The notes beneath the pieces are model-generated. The model had not been told where the DNA came from, ran no database searches, and saw only the letters and a list, made by a program, of their open reading frames with translations. 64,000 bases of DNA from Basidiobolus meristosporus CBS 931.73 (lineage: Eukaryota > Fungi > Basidiobolomycota). The stretch's first letter is position 1, and every line of letters starts with the position of its first letter. The stretch is taken from assembly GCA_002104905.1 (NCBI GenBank), contig MCFE01000086.1, positions 62,001 through 126,000 on the forward strand. Reading direction: 5' to 3'. This document shows, in pieces, positions 25,265-38,897 of the stretch. The translations under genes and the position numbers were made by a program.

Positions 25265-27345
25265 AAAGGTGGATTCAATCCAGATCAGCCATCAGGATCC
25301 CATTTGGAGACCATCATAATACCAGCAACTTGGAATAAGAGACCCTCTTAACAAGCTTATGATGGGATCACCACAGTGTTTAGCTAATTTGTTGCCCAAT
25401 AAAGTTCAAAAACTTGAAGGGGTTTAATTGGTGCAGTAACAATAATTGCATGGCATTAATGCAGTCTTAGTGCACTCCACAACTACTTCAGATGGATCTA
25501 AATGACTGGTGCTTCTAATTTCTTTATATGGCAAAAAACTTGACAGTGTTTTGACAGTCTCTTTGCAAGTCTGTAGCGGCATTATCATGGCAATTGTGAG
25601 GCCTACAGCTAGTTCTGTACAATGCTATCCTATCAATTTACCAAATGGTATTTTCTTCTTCCACCTCCCCTTGCTCAACTCATATATTTCACTGTAGAAT
25701 CACTCCTCATTATTTGCTCACTCACTACTACTTTGGATATTCCACACATAGTTTGAATCAAAAAATGCTATGGCCTCCTGCTTACTAACCTCTACAAATT
25801 GCACACCTGCCACAATTGATATACTTCTATTACCTCCACTTCAGAGCTTTTTAGTGTAATACTTGCAAAGTTGGCATATATCTTGTACTGCTGGAAACAT
25901 ATACATCTTGCAAACATATGCTTGGATGCCACCACTTCTGCCTTGAACACCTCCTGAATATCTTCAGAGAACTTTTTGGTACTTGGCCAGTATACTCCTT
26001 CTCCCTGCCAGATTCTACTACACCTTATAGGTGCACTCTGGCTGTTGTTTGTGTTAATTCTCTTTTTAATGGTGTAGAAGCTGGCTTGTGACCAAGAGAA
26101 ACCTGGCCTACCTTGGTAGATTTTTCCTGATAAAGATTAGTTACTTGTTCCACCCAACCCAACTTTGCATTACTTAACTGATTACCCACACATTGGGGCT
26201 GCTTAGCTTCTTAGTTCAATAAGCATAGGTGTCTCCATGCGCACATCTGTCCTCAGTATTTTCCAACTCTTCCTGGCTGTCCTACATGTGCCAGTTCATT
26301 TCATCCATGACAGACTTGATGGTTATATTCTTGATCAGATTGGGATATAGTAGTACCTGCAACTTGACTTATCTTCCTATCTCCCTACACATCTGCTCCA
26401 CAGGAAACTCCCAAAAGGTGAAGCAAGGCCAATATTCTCCACACACCAAGCAAGATGGAGTAGCATATGAATACAGTAGCAGCAGAGATCTACATTTTCA
26501 GCTTTATGGTTGTAGTATAGTTGCTCAAATCCTGTTACAAACTGCTTGCACAGCAGCTGTAGATGTGTCAAGTTGGCATTGGTGATCTGCTTCTGGATAA
26601 ATATTCCTACAATGTCCATGTATTACTTCCAATGCTTCCAATGTACTCTTGGTAGGAATGGCCACAGAACACCAATTGAATATATACATATCCAGCTCAT
26701 CAAGCCTTTGCATTTGTATTGTTACCTATGTGTATGAATATTGGTTGGAGCCTGTGAGAAGAACTTAGGGTAGCAGATACTCTGTAATATCTTGTCAATT
26801 TTAAGGTATCTCTACAGGCTCATTTAGCCTGAAATTCTTCATATACAACTTAGTCCCATGCATAGGAATATTGCTGAAAAGCAAGTGCATTGCTCCTAGT
26901 GGAAAGCTTTTACTCCAACAGATACCATCCATCTGAATTATCTCTGGGTTCCAATTGATTCCATATTCTGGTCAATGACCTACAGTTTGCAACTTTGCTG
27001 CAATTGCATGCTGACTTCTGTATGTTCTCTCTCTGGAAAGTAGATGTTCTTAGTGCTGGTGTTTGGGTAATAATAATGTGTGTGAGTTATGGAGTAAATC
27101 CCCTGGATCTCACACATTTGGCAGCAATACTGTTCATTGTGCCCAGAAAAACCTGCTATCTTGCTGATGGCTGGAGTATCACCAATGCAGTTAATAATAT
27201 GTGCTTTTACATGATGGCCATTTACGGTTATCCTGCTGGAAAGCATACAAAGTTCATCCAGCAATGGATACAGGTAGCTATCCAGGTTGGACAGTGATTT
27301 AGGACTAGATACTAGTGAGACTACCATCAGATTTTGGATATTTGA
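25265..27345 (-). mobile_element. CACTA-like transposase 3' half and 3' region, inverted relative to 34225-35992
   Basis: NLMVVSLVSSPKSLSNLDSYLYPLLDEL..IGDTPAISKIAGFSGH...CCQMCEIQG, and GFEQLYYNHK..CIHMLLHLA. Confidence 0.82.
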
Positions 27346-27651
27346 CCACTCTTCATTATTGCACTCAATGGCTTCACAGATCTTCAATGTCTTTTGATTT
27401 TTAGACTTTTGTATAAACACCACATTGTCTCCTTCCCATGCTGTGATAGGTTTTTCTATGGGCTTTATCTTTGGGCACTCTTGTTGTGCTTCATAGACTG
27501 TAGGGTGTACCTCTGCTGTTACATTGGGAAATGGCTTAATTCTTGGCTGTGATGTTGAGCTACTTGAGTTCCTTCTTTGCAGCAAAGATACTGCTTTCTC
27601 TACCTGGGATATTGATTACTTTACACATATTATCTGCTCATCCTGTTTCTG

Positions 27652-30600
27652 TGTTGTGATCTGCTGCTTGAATGTTTAAGTTAGATCAGTCTTTAGTCAA
27701 ATCAATTAGCTATATGTTTAGATTATCAGTATATCAGTATCATCTATCAAATCTGTAGCATTAGTCAGCAAATGAATCAGCAGATTCTTATCAGACAGAA
27801 ATAGATATATTAGCTAGGAGCTTATTGGGTGATGATGATGCAATCAAATGAGTCATCAGCCACAGCCTACATTGGCAAATACAATTGGTCAGCAATTGAT
27901 CTGGCAAAATGTGTATAAGGAGCTTCTGGAATCTCAGTAAAGATCAGTTCAAGTTTTAGTGAATACAATACTAGCTAAACTCCCTATTCCTCTACAGCTC
28001 TTATACCAAGACTTGTAACATTGGTAGCAGCAATAACCAGAAACATCCCTCCTGAAGAAAGAAGAAACCTCCCTCAAGATGTCCACAAATCAAGAATAGA
28101 AGAATGCAATGCAACAAATCCTGGTCCAGCAGCAACAAGGAATGACTACCATGGCCCAAAGCCAGCAAAACCCTGTCAAAAGTAGCTTTAGTGTGAAGGT
28201 CAACTGGTACCATGGTAGAGTCAATGAAAACCTGGGAATTTGGCACTTCCAGATTGAAGAAGCTTTCAAGGCTAAGAGAACTGCTCCAGAAAGCAAGTTA
28301 CATTATGCAGCCTCTTACCTGGCAGACACAGCTTTACAGTGGTACTACAACAAGATCAGGTCAGCAACCATGATGGGATGCTCTACAATCTCTACCTGGC
28401 ATGAGTTTGTATTGGAAATTCAGGATGCCTTTGAGCCCCCACATCAACAGACACTACTAAGAAGAAAGTTGAAGACACTCAGACAGAAAGGAATGGTCCA
28501 AGAGTACATCTATGAATATAGATGTCTACTTGGGCAAATTGAAAGAATGGACCCTCTGGATCAAGTTGAGCACTTTAATGATGTGCTGAAAGAAAGAACT
28601 TGTAAGGAAGTGAATTAACAAAGACCTCAGACTATTGAAGAAGCTATCAAGATTGCCATTGACTATGACTCAGCTATGTTTTGAGTTGGGAAGCCCACAA
28701 TGACTAATCAGAGAGGCTACAATCACTATAAAAGAAGACAATCAGAAGCAGTGCCAATGAAAATAGACGCTATGCAGAAGAATCCTACCTTGGAAGAATG
28801 TAAGAAGAAAGGACTTTGCATCAATTGCCACCAGCAGGGAAATATTGCAAAGTACTGCCCTCAGAGAAGAAATGGACACCAGCCATCAAGAACCTTTAAC
28901 CATACTGAGGCCATGGAGCATAGTAATACTGAGGATGAACTTGAAAAAGTCTCAGAGCTCACCTTCCATATGAAAAAGAAAACCTATCCCAGATGACCTC
29001 AAACTCAGGAAGGCTATTATACTTGAATGGAGTAATCAATGGAGTACTTGCCAAGATCATGATTGACTCAGGAGCATTGCATGAGTACATGTCAGAGCAA
29101 TTTGCTTCAAAAGCTGGAATCAACTTGGAACCCACCAAATCAACTTCAGTCTCAACAGCTGATGGGAACTCTCACTTAATCAACCGTATTACTCAGCCAG
29201 TAAGGATGAAGATCAATGATTATGAAGAAGATCTACAGGCCTATATATTTGGGAGCTGCAAGTTTGACCTTGTACTTGGGAGAACCTGGCTATTTTGTTG
29301 TAATCCATCAATCAACTGGAGAACCCATGCTACTTGGATCCAGAAAGACAACAAGACCTATGAGCTATTACCTGCCAGACTGGATTTTAACTTGGTCAGT
29401 TCCAGTGTGTGTGAAACAAGTGAACTTAGCAAGACACAGTTCTGTAAAGTAAGAAAAGGCATCCAGATGTCCCTCATGGCAGTATTAAAGGAGGATTCCT
29501 CTACTCCAGTACCTCAGAAGGTCCAGACTCTCTTGAAGGAGTATTCAGACATATTTCCAGAAGAGCTTGTAAGCCTACCACCAGTCAGAGACATAGATCA
29601 TCCCATCAAAACAGGAGATAGCCCTCCTGTGAGTAAGACACCTTATAGAATGAGTCCATTGGAGTTGGAAGAGATGAAGAGACAAATAGATCAGTTACTG
29701 GAGCAAGGATATATCAGACCCAGCAAGTCACCTTGGGGAGCACCAGTACTTTTTGTGAAGAAGAAGGATGGAACACTTAGGATGTGCATTGACTACAGAG
29801 CCCTCAACTCAGTTACCATGAAGAATAGACTTGTTTCATTGTGCCATTGATCATAGTGCCAGAGAGTGCTGTATATTCTGCTGTTAATTTGATATTTTAG
29901 GGTCATATGCATGTCAATTTTGATCCCAAATTGGCACTGTATGGCATCATATGGCACTCTGTGGCATGATCAGGCACCATCTGGCATGCTATGGCACTAT
30001 TGGGCACTATGATCAGCTGGGATGCTGGAACAAGTCTAATAAGTACCCCATACCTTGGATTGATGAGCTCTTGGACCAACTCAATGGAGCCACTATTGTC
30101 AGCAAGATTGACCTCATGTCAGGATACAAGCAGATTAGGGTAAAGCTAGAAGACACTCCTGAGACAGCATTCAGGACCAGATATGGACATTATGAGTACT
30201 TAGTCATGAGTATAGCCCTCACCAATGCCCCTGCAACATTCATGACCCTGATGCAGACTGTCTTCCAGGAGTACTTAGACAAGTTTGTGATAATCTACCT
30301 GGATGACATATTGATATACAGCAAGACAGAAGAGGATCACAAGGTGCACATTGAAAAGGTCATGAAGAAGCTAAGAGAGAACAAGCTTTATGGCAAGCTA
30401 ACCAAGTGTGAATTCTTCAAGGAACATGTTGTATATCTGGGACACATAGTGACTAGCACAGGAGTAACCTTAGACCCTAAGAAGGTTGAAGTTATCAAGA
30501 ATCTGAAGCAGCCCCATAGCATATCAGAGCTCAGATCATTCCTTGGAATGGTTTCCTATTATTGGAGATTTGTCAAGTCCTTTGCAAGTATTGCTGCCCC

Positions 30601-32517
30601 TTTAACTGATATCTCCAAGAAAGACAATACCTACAAGTGGGACATAGCTTGTGAAACTGCCGTCCAGATGCTCAAGAATGAACTTGCTAAGCTGCCAAGC
30701 TTAAGAATACCTGACTTCAGGAAAGAGTTTACTCTGTGCACAGATGCTTCCAATAATGCAATTGGTGGAGTGTTGAGCCAAGAACACAAGGGAAAGGACT
30801 AAACAAACACAGTTGCTGACGCCTTATCATGATTAGATCAAGTTGCACAACTCAACTTGGTGCATGAATCAGATTGGCCTAGCCTATTACCAAAGTATTT
30901 GGAAGACCAAGCCATTTGTAATGAGGTGGATGAAGATATCAAGAAGATAATTTGGGATGAAGCCAGCAAATTTGTAGTACAGGATGAAACACTCTAACAA
31001 ATTGTTGATGGAAGCCCTATTACCTATTGCCTTTATGTTTCTTGCCTGGATTTAATACATAAGCAACACAATAGAGATGGACATCTTGGAATTGAAGGAG
31101 CCCATAGCCTTGTGAAAGCCAGAGCATGGTGGCCCAGAATGAAACATGACATTGAGAAGCTAGTGAAAACATGCCCAAATTGCCAAATCAGCCAAGGCCG
31201 ACCACAGAGAATTGCTGAACTCTTTCTCTTGGAGCCTGTAAGACCATTTGAAAGATGGGGAATTGATTTTATTGGAAGACTGCCAACTACCAGTAAATGC
31301 AACTGTTGGATCCTATTAGCAATTGACCATGCCACTAAATGGCCAGTGGCTAAAGCTGTACCTTTAGCCAGTGAACAAGAAGTTGCAAGTTGCATGTACC
31401 ATGAGATCCTTATGAAGTTTGGATGCCCTGTGGATATTCTATCTAATAGAGGTGCAAACTTTATGGCAAAGATATTGGAAGCTTACCTGGAAATGCAGCA
31501 GATCAAGCACTTGAAAACCTTGGCATATCACCCCACAACTAATGGAATCACTTAATGGTTAAATGGATTATTTGGGAAATGCTGATCAAGTATGCAAATG
31601 GAGTTGTCAGTAGATGGGATGAGTATATAGACCAAGCACTCTTTGCATGCAGAGTTAGAGTACACAACACCACCCAGTAATTGCCATTTTACTTAGTGTA
31701 TGGATGTGAACCAAGGATTCCAGGAGATCTCACACAACCAAGGCTTACAGAAACCTTAGAGGATGAGCTCAGTCAGCCAAGTAGACACCAGCAACTGGAA
31801 CAAAGATGTCAAGAGGCACACACTAAAGTATCTCAAAGTGCAGAAAAGATGAAGCAGAGATTTGATAAGAATATAGCACCAGAAGCATTGACAGTTGGGA
31901 ACTTTGTATTGCTAAGAAACAATACTTGGAAGAAGTTTGAGCCCCAATGGACAGGACCATTCAAGATCATCAGAGAATGTCCATTTGCAACTTACCAACT
32001 AGTGGACAAACAAGGCAATATCCAAGAAGACTTAGTGCATAGGGACAGACTTAAGCTTGCAAGACTTGCTGATAATACTGAGCCATCAAGATATTGGTAT
32101 CACAAGAAAAGAGATTAAGGAGAACCCTCTCAACTTTAGCAGGGGAGCATGTTGTGATCTACTGCTTGAATATTTAAGTTAGATTAGTCTTTAGTCAAAT
32201 CAATTAGTTATATGTTTAGGTTATCAGTATATCAGTATTATCTATCAAATCAGTAGCTTTAGTCAGCAAATGAATCAGCAGATCCTTACCAGACAGAAAT
32301 AGATATACTAGGTAGGACCTTATTGGGTGATGAGGATGCAATCAAATGAGTCATCAGCCACAGCCTACATTAGGAGATACAATTACTCAGCAATTGATCT
32401 GGCAAAATGTATATATGCAGCTGCTGGATCTCAATAAAGATCAGTTCAAGTTTTAGTAAATACAATACTAGCTAAACTCCCTATTCCTCTACAACTCTTA
32501 TGCAAAGACTTGTAACA
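27652..32517 (+). mobile_element. Full-length Ty3/Gypsy family A retrotransposon (degenerate)
   Basis: LTRs 27652-28020 and 32150-32517 (TG...CA). PBS TTGGTAGCAGC, consistent with tRNA-iMet by inference. PPT AGCAGGGGAGCA. gag-CCHC, PR, RT YLDD, partly deleted RNase H, integrase with GPF motif and no chromodomain. Imperfect 4-bp TSD TCTG/TATG. Flanks rejoin the ORF2 sequence seen at 1490-1510. Confidence 0.95.
29827..30037. mobile_element. 211-bp MITE inserted in the Gypsy RT, 3-bp TSD AAT
   Basis: aat|AGACTTGTTTC...GGAACAAGTCT|aat. The empty site ATGAAGAATAAGTACCCC is seen in the sister copy at ~16620-16640 on minus. Confidence 0.9.
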
Positions 32518-35500
32518 TATGGACTATTTCCTGATTTCTCTGGGCCATTGCATCTATCCTATCAGCTACTGCACCTAATTGCTTCATCAATGCTTTGGTT
32601 TGAGCTGACAGCATACTTGCTAATATGGGTGGTGATGATGTTATGATGGTCACTTGCTGGTCTTCACCTTGGGTACTGAGTTTGCTATATTCTCATCTGC
32701 CTGAGCATAATGGTCAGCTTGTGGCTCTGCAGAGGCTCTCAATTCCCTACTTGACTGAGAGCCTGAGGAGTCTGCATTATTACCTTCAATGGGCACACTG
32801 TCCACAGGGCCTTTTTTGGATGTAGCCCTGCTTGTTGCACTGAATGTCAAAGCAAGCTGTTGTCCAACCATTCTTCTGTTGCCATCAGTAGTGGGGTTTG
32901 GTTGGGAACCAGACAACTTTGCTTTATTTTTTGGCAGTATGCATGTAAAAGTGAGTCAAATCAAAGGGGAAATAGTGATACATATATGTGTGTATGTGGT
33001 GCTAGAGCTATATTTATAATGCTTATTATGGCTGATCAGCATTGAATCTTACATTCATGTAGGTACAATGTCTCATAGACAAGACTGTCTTATGTTCACA
33101 TAAGTATTGATTAAAATGTTATATAATAGTACTATGTTGTTGAAGGTCAAACTGTTTGCCCCATGGACAAGACTACTTTGACTCAATGCCATAAGAGAAG
33201 AGAAAAAAGACCATGTGGCTATTGCGGCAGGCCTCTCAGTCATGAAGCATGCAGACAGCATAGGAAGTACTACAAGGATTGCAGCCAGTGCTTTGCTACA
33301 CAAGTCATAGTTGACCATTCATCAGTCACTACTGTACCAACAGTATCTTGCAGGCCAGTTGATACTTCTATATTGGCACCTTGCCATCTTGGTTACCTTG
33401 CACAAACTGAGTTAGGTGAGTTTGTGATGCTTTTAGGCTCACCTCAGCCTTCTGAATATGGCATGCAGAGTGATAGCTCCAACAAAGAAGGTTCACTGAG
33501 GGATACTGAGCCTATCTCCTGTAACAACAGTACCATGTATGAGCCTGGTGAAATCCCTATATGCAATGAGACCACATCTGTTGAAACATATGCCAAGGAT
33601 ACCATATGGAGCCAAGTGAGCCCAGTGAGCCATCTACTGGTGAATGATGTAATATTGTGGCTAGAGAAGTGGTATGTTTCCACTAATATCAGTAATGGGG
33701 GCTTTGAGGATTTATTACTACTTCTTGCCAAAATCATACCAGATGCAACTTACCATGTACATGGTACAAGTGGATAACTATCATGCAGCTGACAGCATAT
33801 GCTCCAGGGACTGTCCTGATTCCAGTATGTATCAACAGTTCCATGGCATTCACATCCAAAATGCTACCATTGCAACATGTCCAAATTGTTGGGAATCCAC
33901 CACCATTGAGGGAAAACATTGTTTACACTCCAGATATATTCCAGTTATACCACATCTGAGGAAGCTGATGCAGTCCAATGAATATTGCAAAGCTATACAG
34001 TACCACACTCAGTATCAATCAAGCACAAACAAATCTAATATATTATTTTATTTCATGGCAAACATTACAAACAGCTAAGAAGCAAGGGCTACTTTGAAGG
34101 TATGTATGACCATGCCTTTGCGTTAGCACTGGATGGATTCTCATTAAACAAGTACTCCTCCAACAAATCCTACTGGCCACTGATTCTCATCAATCTGAAT
34201 CTGCCGCCCATCTTATGGTGTTGGAGCAATAATCTGATGGTAGTCTCACTGGTACCTGGGCCTAAATCACCATCCAACCTGGATAGCTACCTGTATCTAT
34301 TGCTGGATGAATTTTGTATGCTTTCCAGCAGGATAACAGTCAATGGCTATCATGCAGAAGTGGATATCATTATCTGCATTGGAGATACCCCAGCCATCAG
34401 CATGATAGCAGGTTTTTCCAGGCACATTGGACAGTATTGCTGTCAAATGTGTAAGATCCAGGGGACTTACTCCATAACTCACACGCATTATTATTATTAA
34501 AACACCAGCACTAAGAACATCATCTTTCCACAGAGAGAACATACTGAAGTCAGCATGCAATTGCAGCAAAGTTGGCAAGCTATAAGCTATTGACCAGAAT
34601 ATGGAATCAATTGGAAACCAGAGATACCAAAGATAGAGGGTATCTGTTGGAGTAAAAGCTTTCCACTAGGAGCAATGCATTTGCTTTTCAACAGTATCCC
34701 TATACTGATGACCAAGTTATACATGGGGCATTTCAAGCTAAATGAACCCTTCAAGATACCGGAGAAACGTGGAAGAACTGGCAAGATATTACAGAGTATC
34801 TGCTATCTTAAGTACTTCTCACAGGCTCCAATTACTTTTCATATGAATATGCAACAATACAAATGCAAAGACTAGATGAACTGGATATGTATTTATTCAA
34901 GTGGCATTCCAAAGCCATTCCTACCTAGAGTACATTGGAAGCATTGGTCATAATATGTGAACATTGTAGGAATATTTATCCAGAAGTGGATCACCAATGC
35001 CAACTTGATGCATCTACAGCTATTGTGCAAGGAGTTTGTGATGGGATTTGAGCAGCTATACTACAAGCATAAAGCTGAACACATAGATCCCTGCTGCTAC
35101 TGTATCCATTCTCTACTCCATCTTGCTCAGTGTGTGGAGAATATTGAGCCTTGCTTCACCTTTTGGGAGTTTCCTATGGAGTGGATATGTGGGGAGATAG
35201 AAAGACAAGTCAAGTTGAAGGTGCTACCATATCCCAATCTCATCAAGAATATTACCTTGAAGTCTGTCATGCATGCAATCAGCTGGCACATGGAAGACAG
35301 CCAGGAAGAGTTGGAAAATACTGAGGACAAATGTGCACATGGAGACACCTATGCCTATGGCATTAAGAAGCTAAGCTGCCCCAATGTGTGAGTAATCAGC
35401 TAAGTAATGTAAAGTTGGGTTGGGTGCAACAAGCAACTGATTTTTATTAGGAAAACTCTACCAAGGTATGCCAGATTTCTCATGGTCACAAGCCAACTTC

Positions 35501-36785
35501 TACACCATTGAATATGGAATTCACACAAACAAAAGCCAGAGCGCACCTATAAGGGGGACTAGAATCCAGCACGGCAAAGGAATAGATTGGCTAAATGCCA
35601 AGAAGTTCTTTGCAGATATTCAGGAGGTATTCATGGCAGAAGTGGCAACAACCAAGCATATGTTTGCAAGATGTATATGTTACCAGCAGTACAAGGTATA
35701 TGGCAACTCAATTGTGGCAGGTGTGCATGTTTGTAGAGGGTGGTAAGCAGGAGTCCATAGTTTTTTTTTGATTCAAACTATATGTGGAATACCCAAGGTA
35801 GTAGTGGGTAAGCCAATAAAGAGGGGTGGTTTTACAGTGGGATATATGAATTGCAGAAGGGGAGGTAGAAAAAGGAAATACCATTTGGTAAGTTGATATG
35901 GTAGCATTGTATAGAACCAGCTGTAAGCCTCACTACTGCCATGATAATGCCATTGCAGACTTGCAGAAAGACCATCAAAATACTGTCAAGTTTCTTAGGA
36001 TAGGGTAGTAGTCTGGGTACTTCTGTCTATGGAGAACTTAATCCCTAAGTAGTATCTCAGGTCTCCTAGATTGGACATCTTGAGCTCTTTAGATAGGCTG
36101 GATTTAGTCCCTTCCAATGTTTCAAGGTTATTGGTGGCTATAATAAGATCATCTATATTAAGAGCTAATAGAGCTGGACTTGCTCAACCTGGCTTATAGT
36201 CTATACTCTTAGCTGCATTACTCCTTTTGAAACTCAGAGATTCCAGGTAAGAATCTATTTTGCAATTCTAGGCTCTTAGTGATTGTTTGAGACCATATAG
36301 AGACCTTTTGAGCTTGCAGACCAAATGGGGGTTATCTTGGTCAGCAAACCCACCAGGCCGGTCCATATACATGTCTTCAGCAGGTTCTCCATTCAAAAAT
36401 GCAGCTTTTACATCCATATGATGAATAAAAAACATATATTTTGCTCCAATAGCCAATATCAATCTGATGTAATTAAATTTGGCTACTATTGCAAAGGTCC
36501 TAGTATAGTCATGTCCTTTTGTTTGTGAGTATCCTTTAGCCACAAGTCTTGCTTTGTATCTTTTGATTGTGCCATCAGTCATATATTTTGTCTCAAAGAC
36601 CCATCTGCATCCAATTGATTATTGGTTGATTGGTAATTTGACTAGGTTCCAAATATGATTTTCCATTGGGGCCTGATATTCCACAGTTGGTGAAAGTCTT
36701 CAACACTTTGTCTGAGGGCTATTCAGGGCCTCTTTTACAGTCTGGGGCTCATGAATATGGACTGAGTAGGCATAGGCTAAGTTTG

Positions 36786-37117
36786 TGTTGTAAAAATTTG
36801 TAGTTCCACCTGAATATTCAGCTAACTTAGTCACTTAGATCATTACCTTCAAATTCTTGAGGATACTGACCAAACTCCTTGTCAGGATTTACTTAGAATA
36901 TTTACCCAGAACATGAAAATTAGATAAGATGTCCAAACAGCCCCAAACTTTGTGCACATGCTCTTGGGACCTTCCTTAACCTATCCTACATGTAAGTTAT
37001 GTCAAGACCATGTGAAAGTATAAATACTACCTATACATTTAATAATTCATTAAGTGAAAACCACCTTATCCACTTGTCCTCCCAATCACTTACAATATCT
37101 TGAAGACTCTTACAACA
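36786..37117 (+). mobile_element. Copia family 1 solo LTR with perfect 5-bp TSD GTTTG
   Basis: gtttg|TGTTGTAAAA...CTCTTACAACA|gtttg. Confidence 0.93.
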
Positions 37118-38897
37118 GTTTGTACCCTCATTGATATGGTAACTTAGGCTACTTTGTGTTTGGTTGGATCTCTGGGCATATGATACTGGAAAGATCACTT
37201 CTGGGATATTCCTGGCCACTGCTTCAGGCTGAACCATGGTTGTAGAGTCCTCTCAGGTGAACAAGTTCTCATTGATTTGCTCTGATGCAATTGTGATATT
37301 GGTACTTGAGATCAGATTTTTGTCATATTTTGGTGTCATTTTTTGTGAAAATTTTGAATTTTCATCAAACAGCATATCCCTGGACTTGATTAGCTTCTTT
37401 GCTTTGGTATTGTAGACACTATATGCTCTACCCTTATTGCGGTAGCCCAAAAGTACATATTTTACACTTTTTGGCTCAAATTTTACTAATTTCCAGGCAG
37501 TTTATTGGCATAAGCTGTACAGCCAAATATTTTGAGATGTTCAGCACTTGACCTCTATTCATACCATGCCTCAAATAGAGTAGAATCACACAGTTTTCTG
37601 TTATAAATCCTATTTTTAAGGTATACAGCTGTGGCAACTGATTCCACCCATAAATCATGTGAGAATCTTTGATTGTGGATCATAGATCTTGCCATATCCA
37701 TTATGGATCTGTTTGCACATTCTGCTACTTCATTTTGCTATAGTGAGTATGATATGGTAGTCTCTTGCTTTATCCCATGAATTATGCAGAAGTGGATGAA
37801 GAGTTTTGAGGTATATTCTCCTCCATTGACACAGTGTGCGTGCTTGATTTTCTCACTAGTTTTTCTCTCCACCATGGCTTTAAACTCCTTGAACTTAGAC
37901 AGAGCTTCTTCCTTTCTCTTCATGAAGTAGACCCATGTGTATCTTGCTTATCATCAATAAAAGTGATTAAATAGTTCATCCTGCTTGAGGATAAACTTTA
38001 CCTAGGTCCACACAGATATGAGTGAGTTAGATCTAATTATTTCTTGGTTTTGATTAAACCAGAGCTCTTGAACAGTTGTCTGGCTTGTTTCTCATATATG
38101 CAGGTGTCACAGTGCTCCAAATCTGCTGGGGGATCAGTTTTTACTCCAGAAAATAGCTGATTTTTGATCAATTTGTGCAAAAAATCAAAATTGATGTGTC
38201 CAAATCTCCTGTGCTAAAGCATTGGTATTTCTTCATTTAAGTTATTTATATTGGCTACCCAATATGATGGAATATAAGTTAACGTATGCAGATTCTGATC
38301 TCTGATACCCAAAGCAATATGAGCACCATTTTGATCAGTGACCCTGCATTCAGAACTGCCAAAGCTGAAATTGAGTCCTTCTGCTGTGGCCTTGCTTAAA
38401 GATAGTAGGTTCTTGGCTATTTCTGGTACATAGGGTACTTCCTTAAAGGTCAATATATGGCTTCCTTCACTGCTTCTAAAGTTTACTTGGGCGGTTCCTT
38501 CTCCCACTGCATCAAGTGTTCTATTGTCACCCATGAAAACCTTCTTAATTGGATTTCTTGGTATTGGGTAAAAAGTTCTTTTTGGTGTGTAAAGTGTTGA
38601 GATGCTCCAGAGTCAATATACCACATCTGAGAATCCTTGTTTGTGGTCATATTTAGTGCAGATATGAATAGTCTACCTTCAGTTGTTGTATCATTTCCAT
38701 GTTCAGGCTTTTTCTGCTAACTATCTCTCTTCTTGAAGCACTGGTCTGATGTGTCTCCTTTCCTTTTGCAGTAGTTGCAAAACTGGTTGCTATTGCCTTT
38801 AAAAGGTCTTGGGTATCTTCTTTGTTGATTATCATTGCTTATTAAAGTATTTTCATATTCCTTTTTATTAGCACTTGATTTTCTTAACTCATCCTTC

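Larger units (their letters stand above)
27346..35992. mobile_element. CACTA/EnSpm-like element: ORF2 on minus (27346-32916, split by Gypsy) and frameshifted Tnp2/DUF4218-type transposase on plus (~33163-35750)
   Basis: N-terminal CGYC..LSHEACRQH. LALDGF...SYWPLILINLNLPP...GPKSPSNLDSYL...IGDTPA..GF..H..CC.MC (Transposase_21-like). CIHSLLHLAQCVENIEPCFTFWEFPMEWICG (DUF4218-like). True termini not found. Confidence 0.82.
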
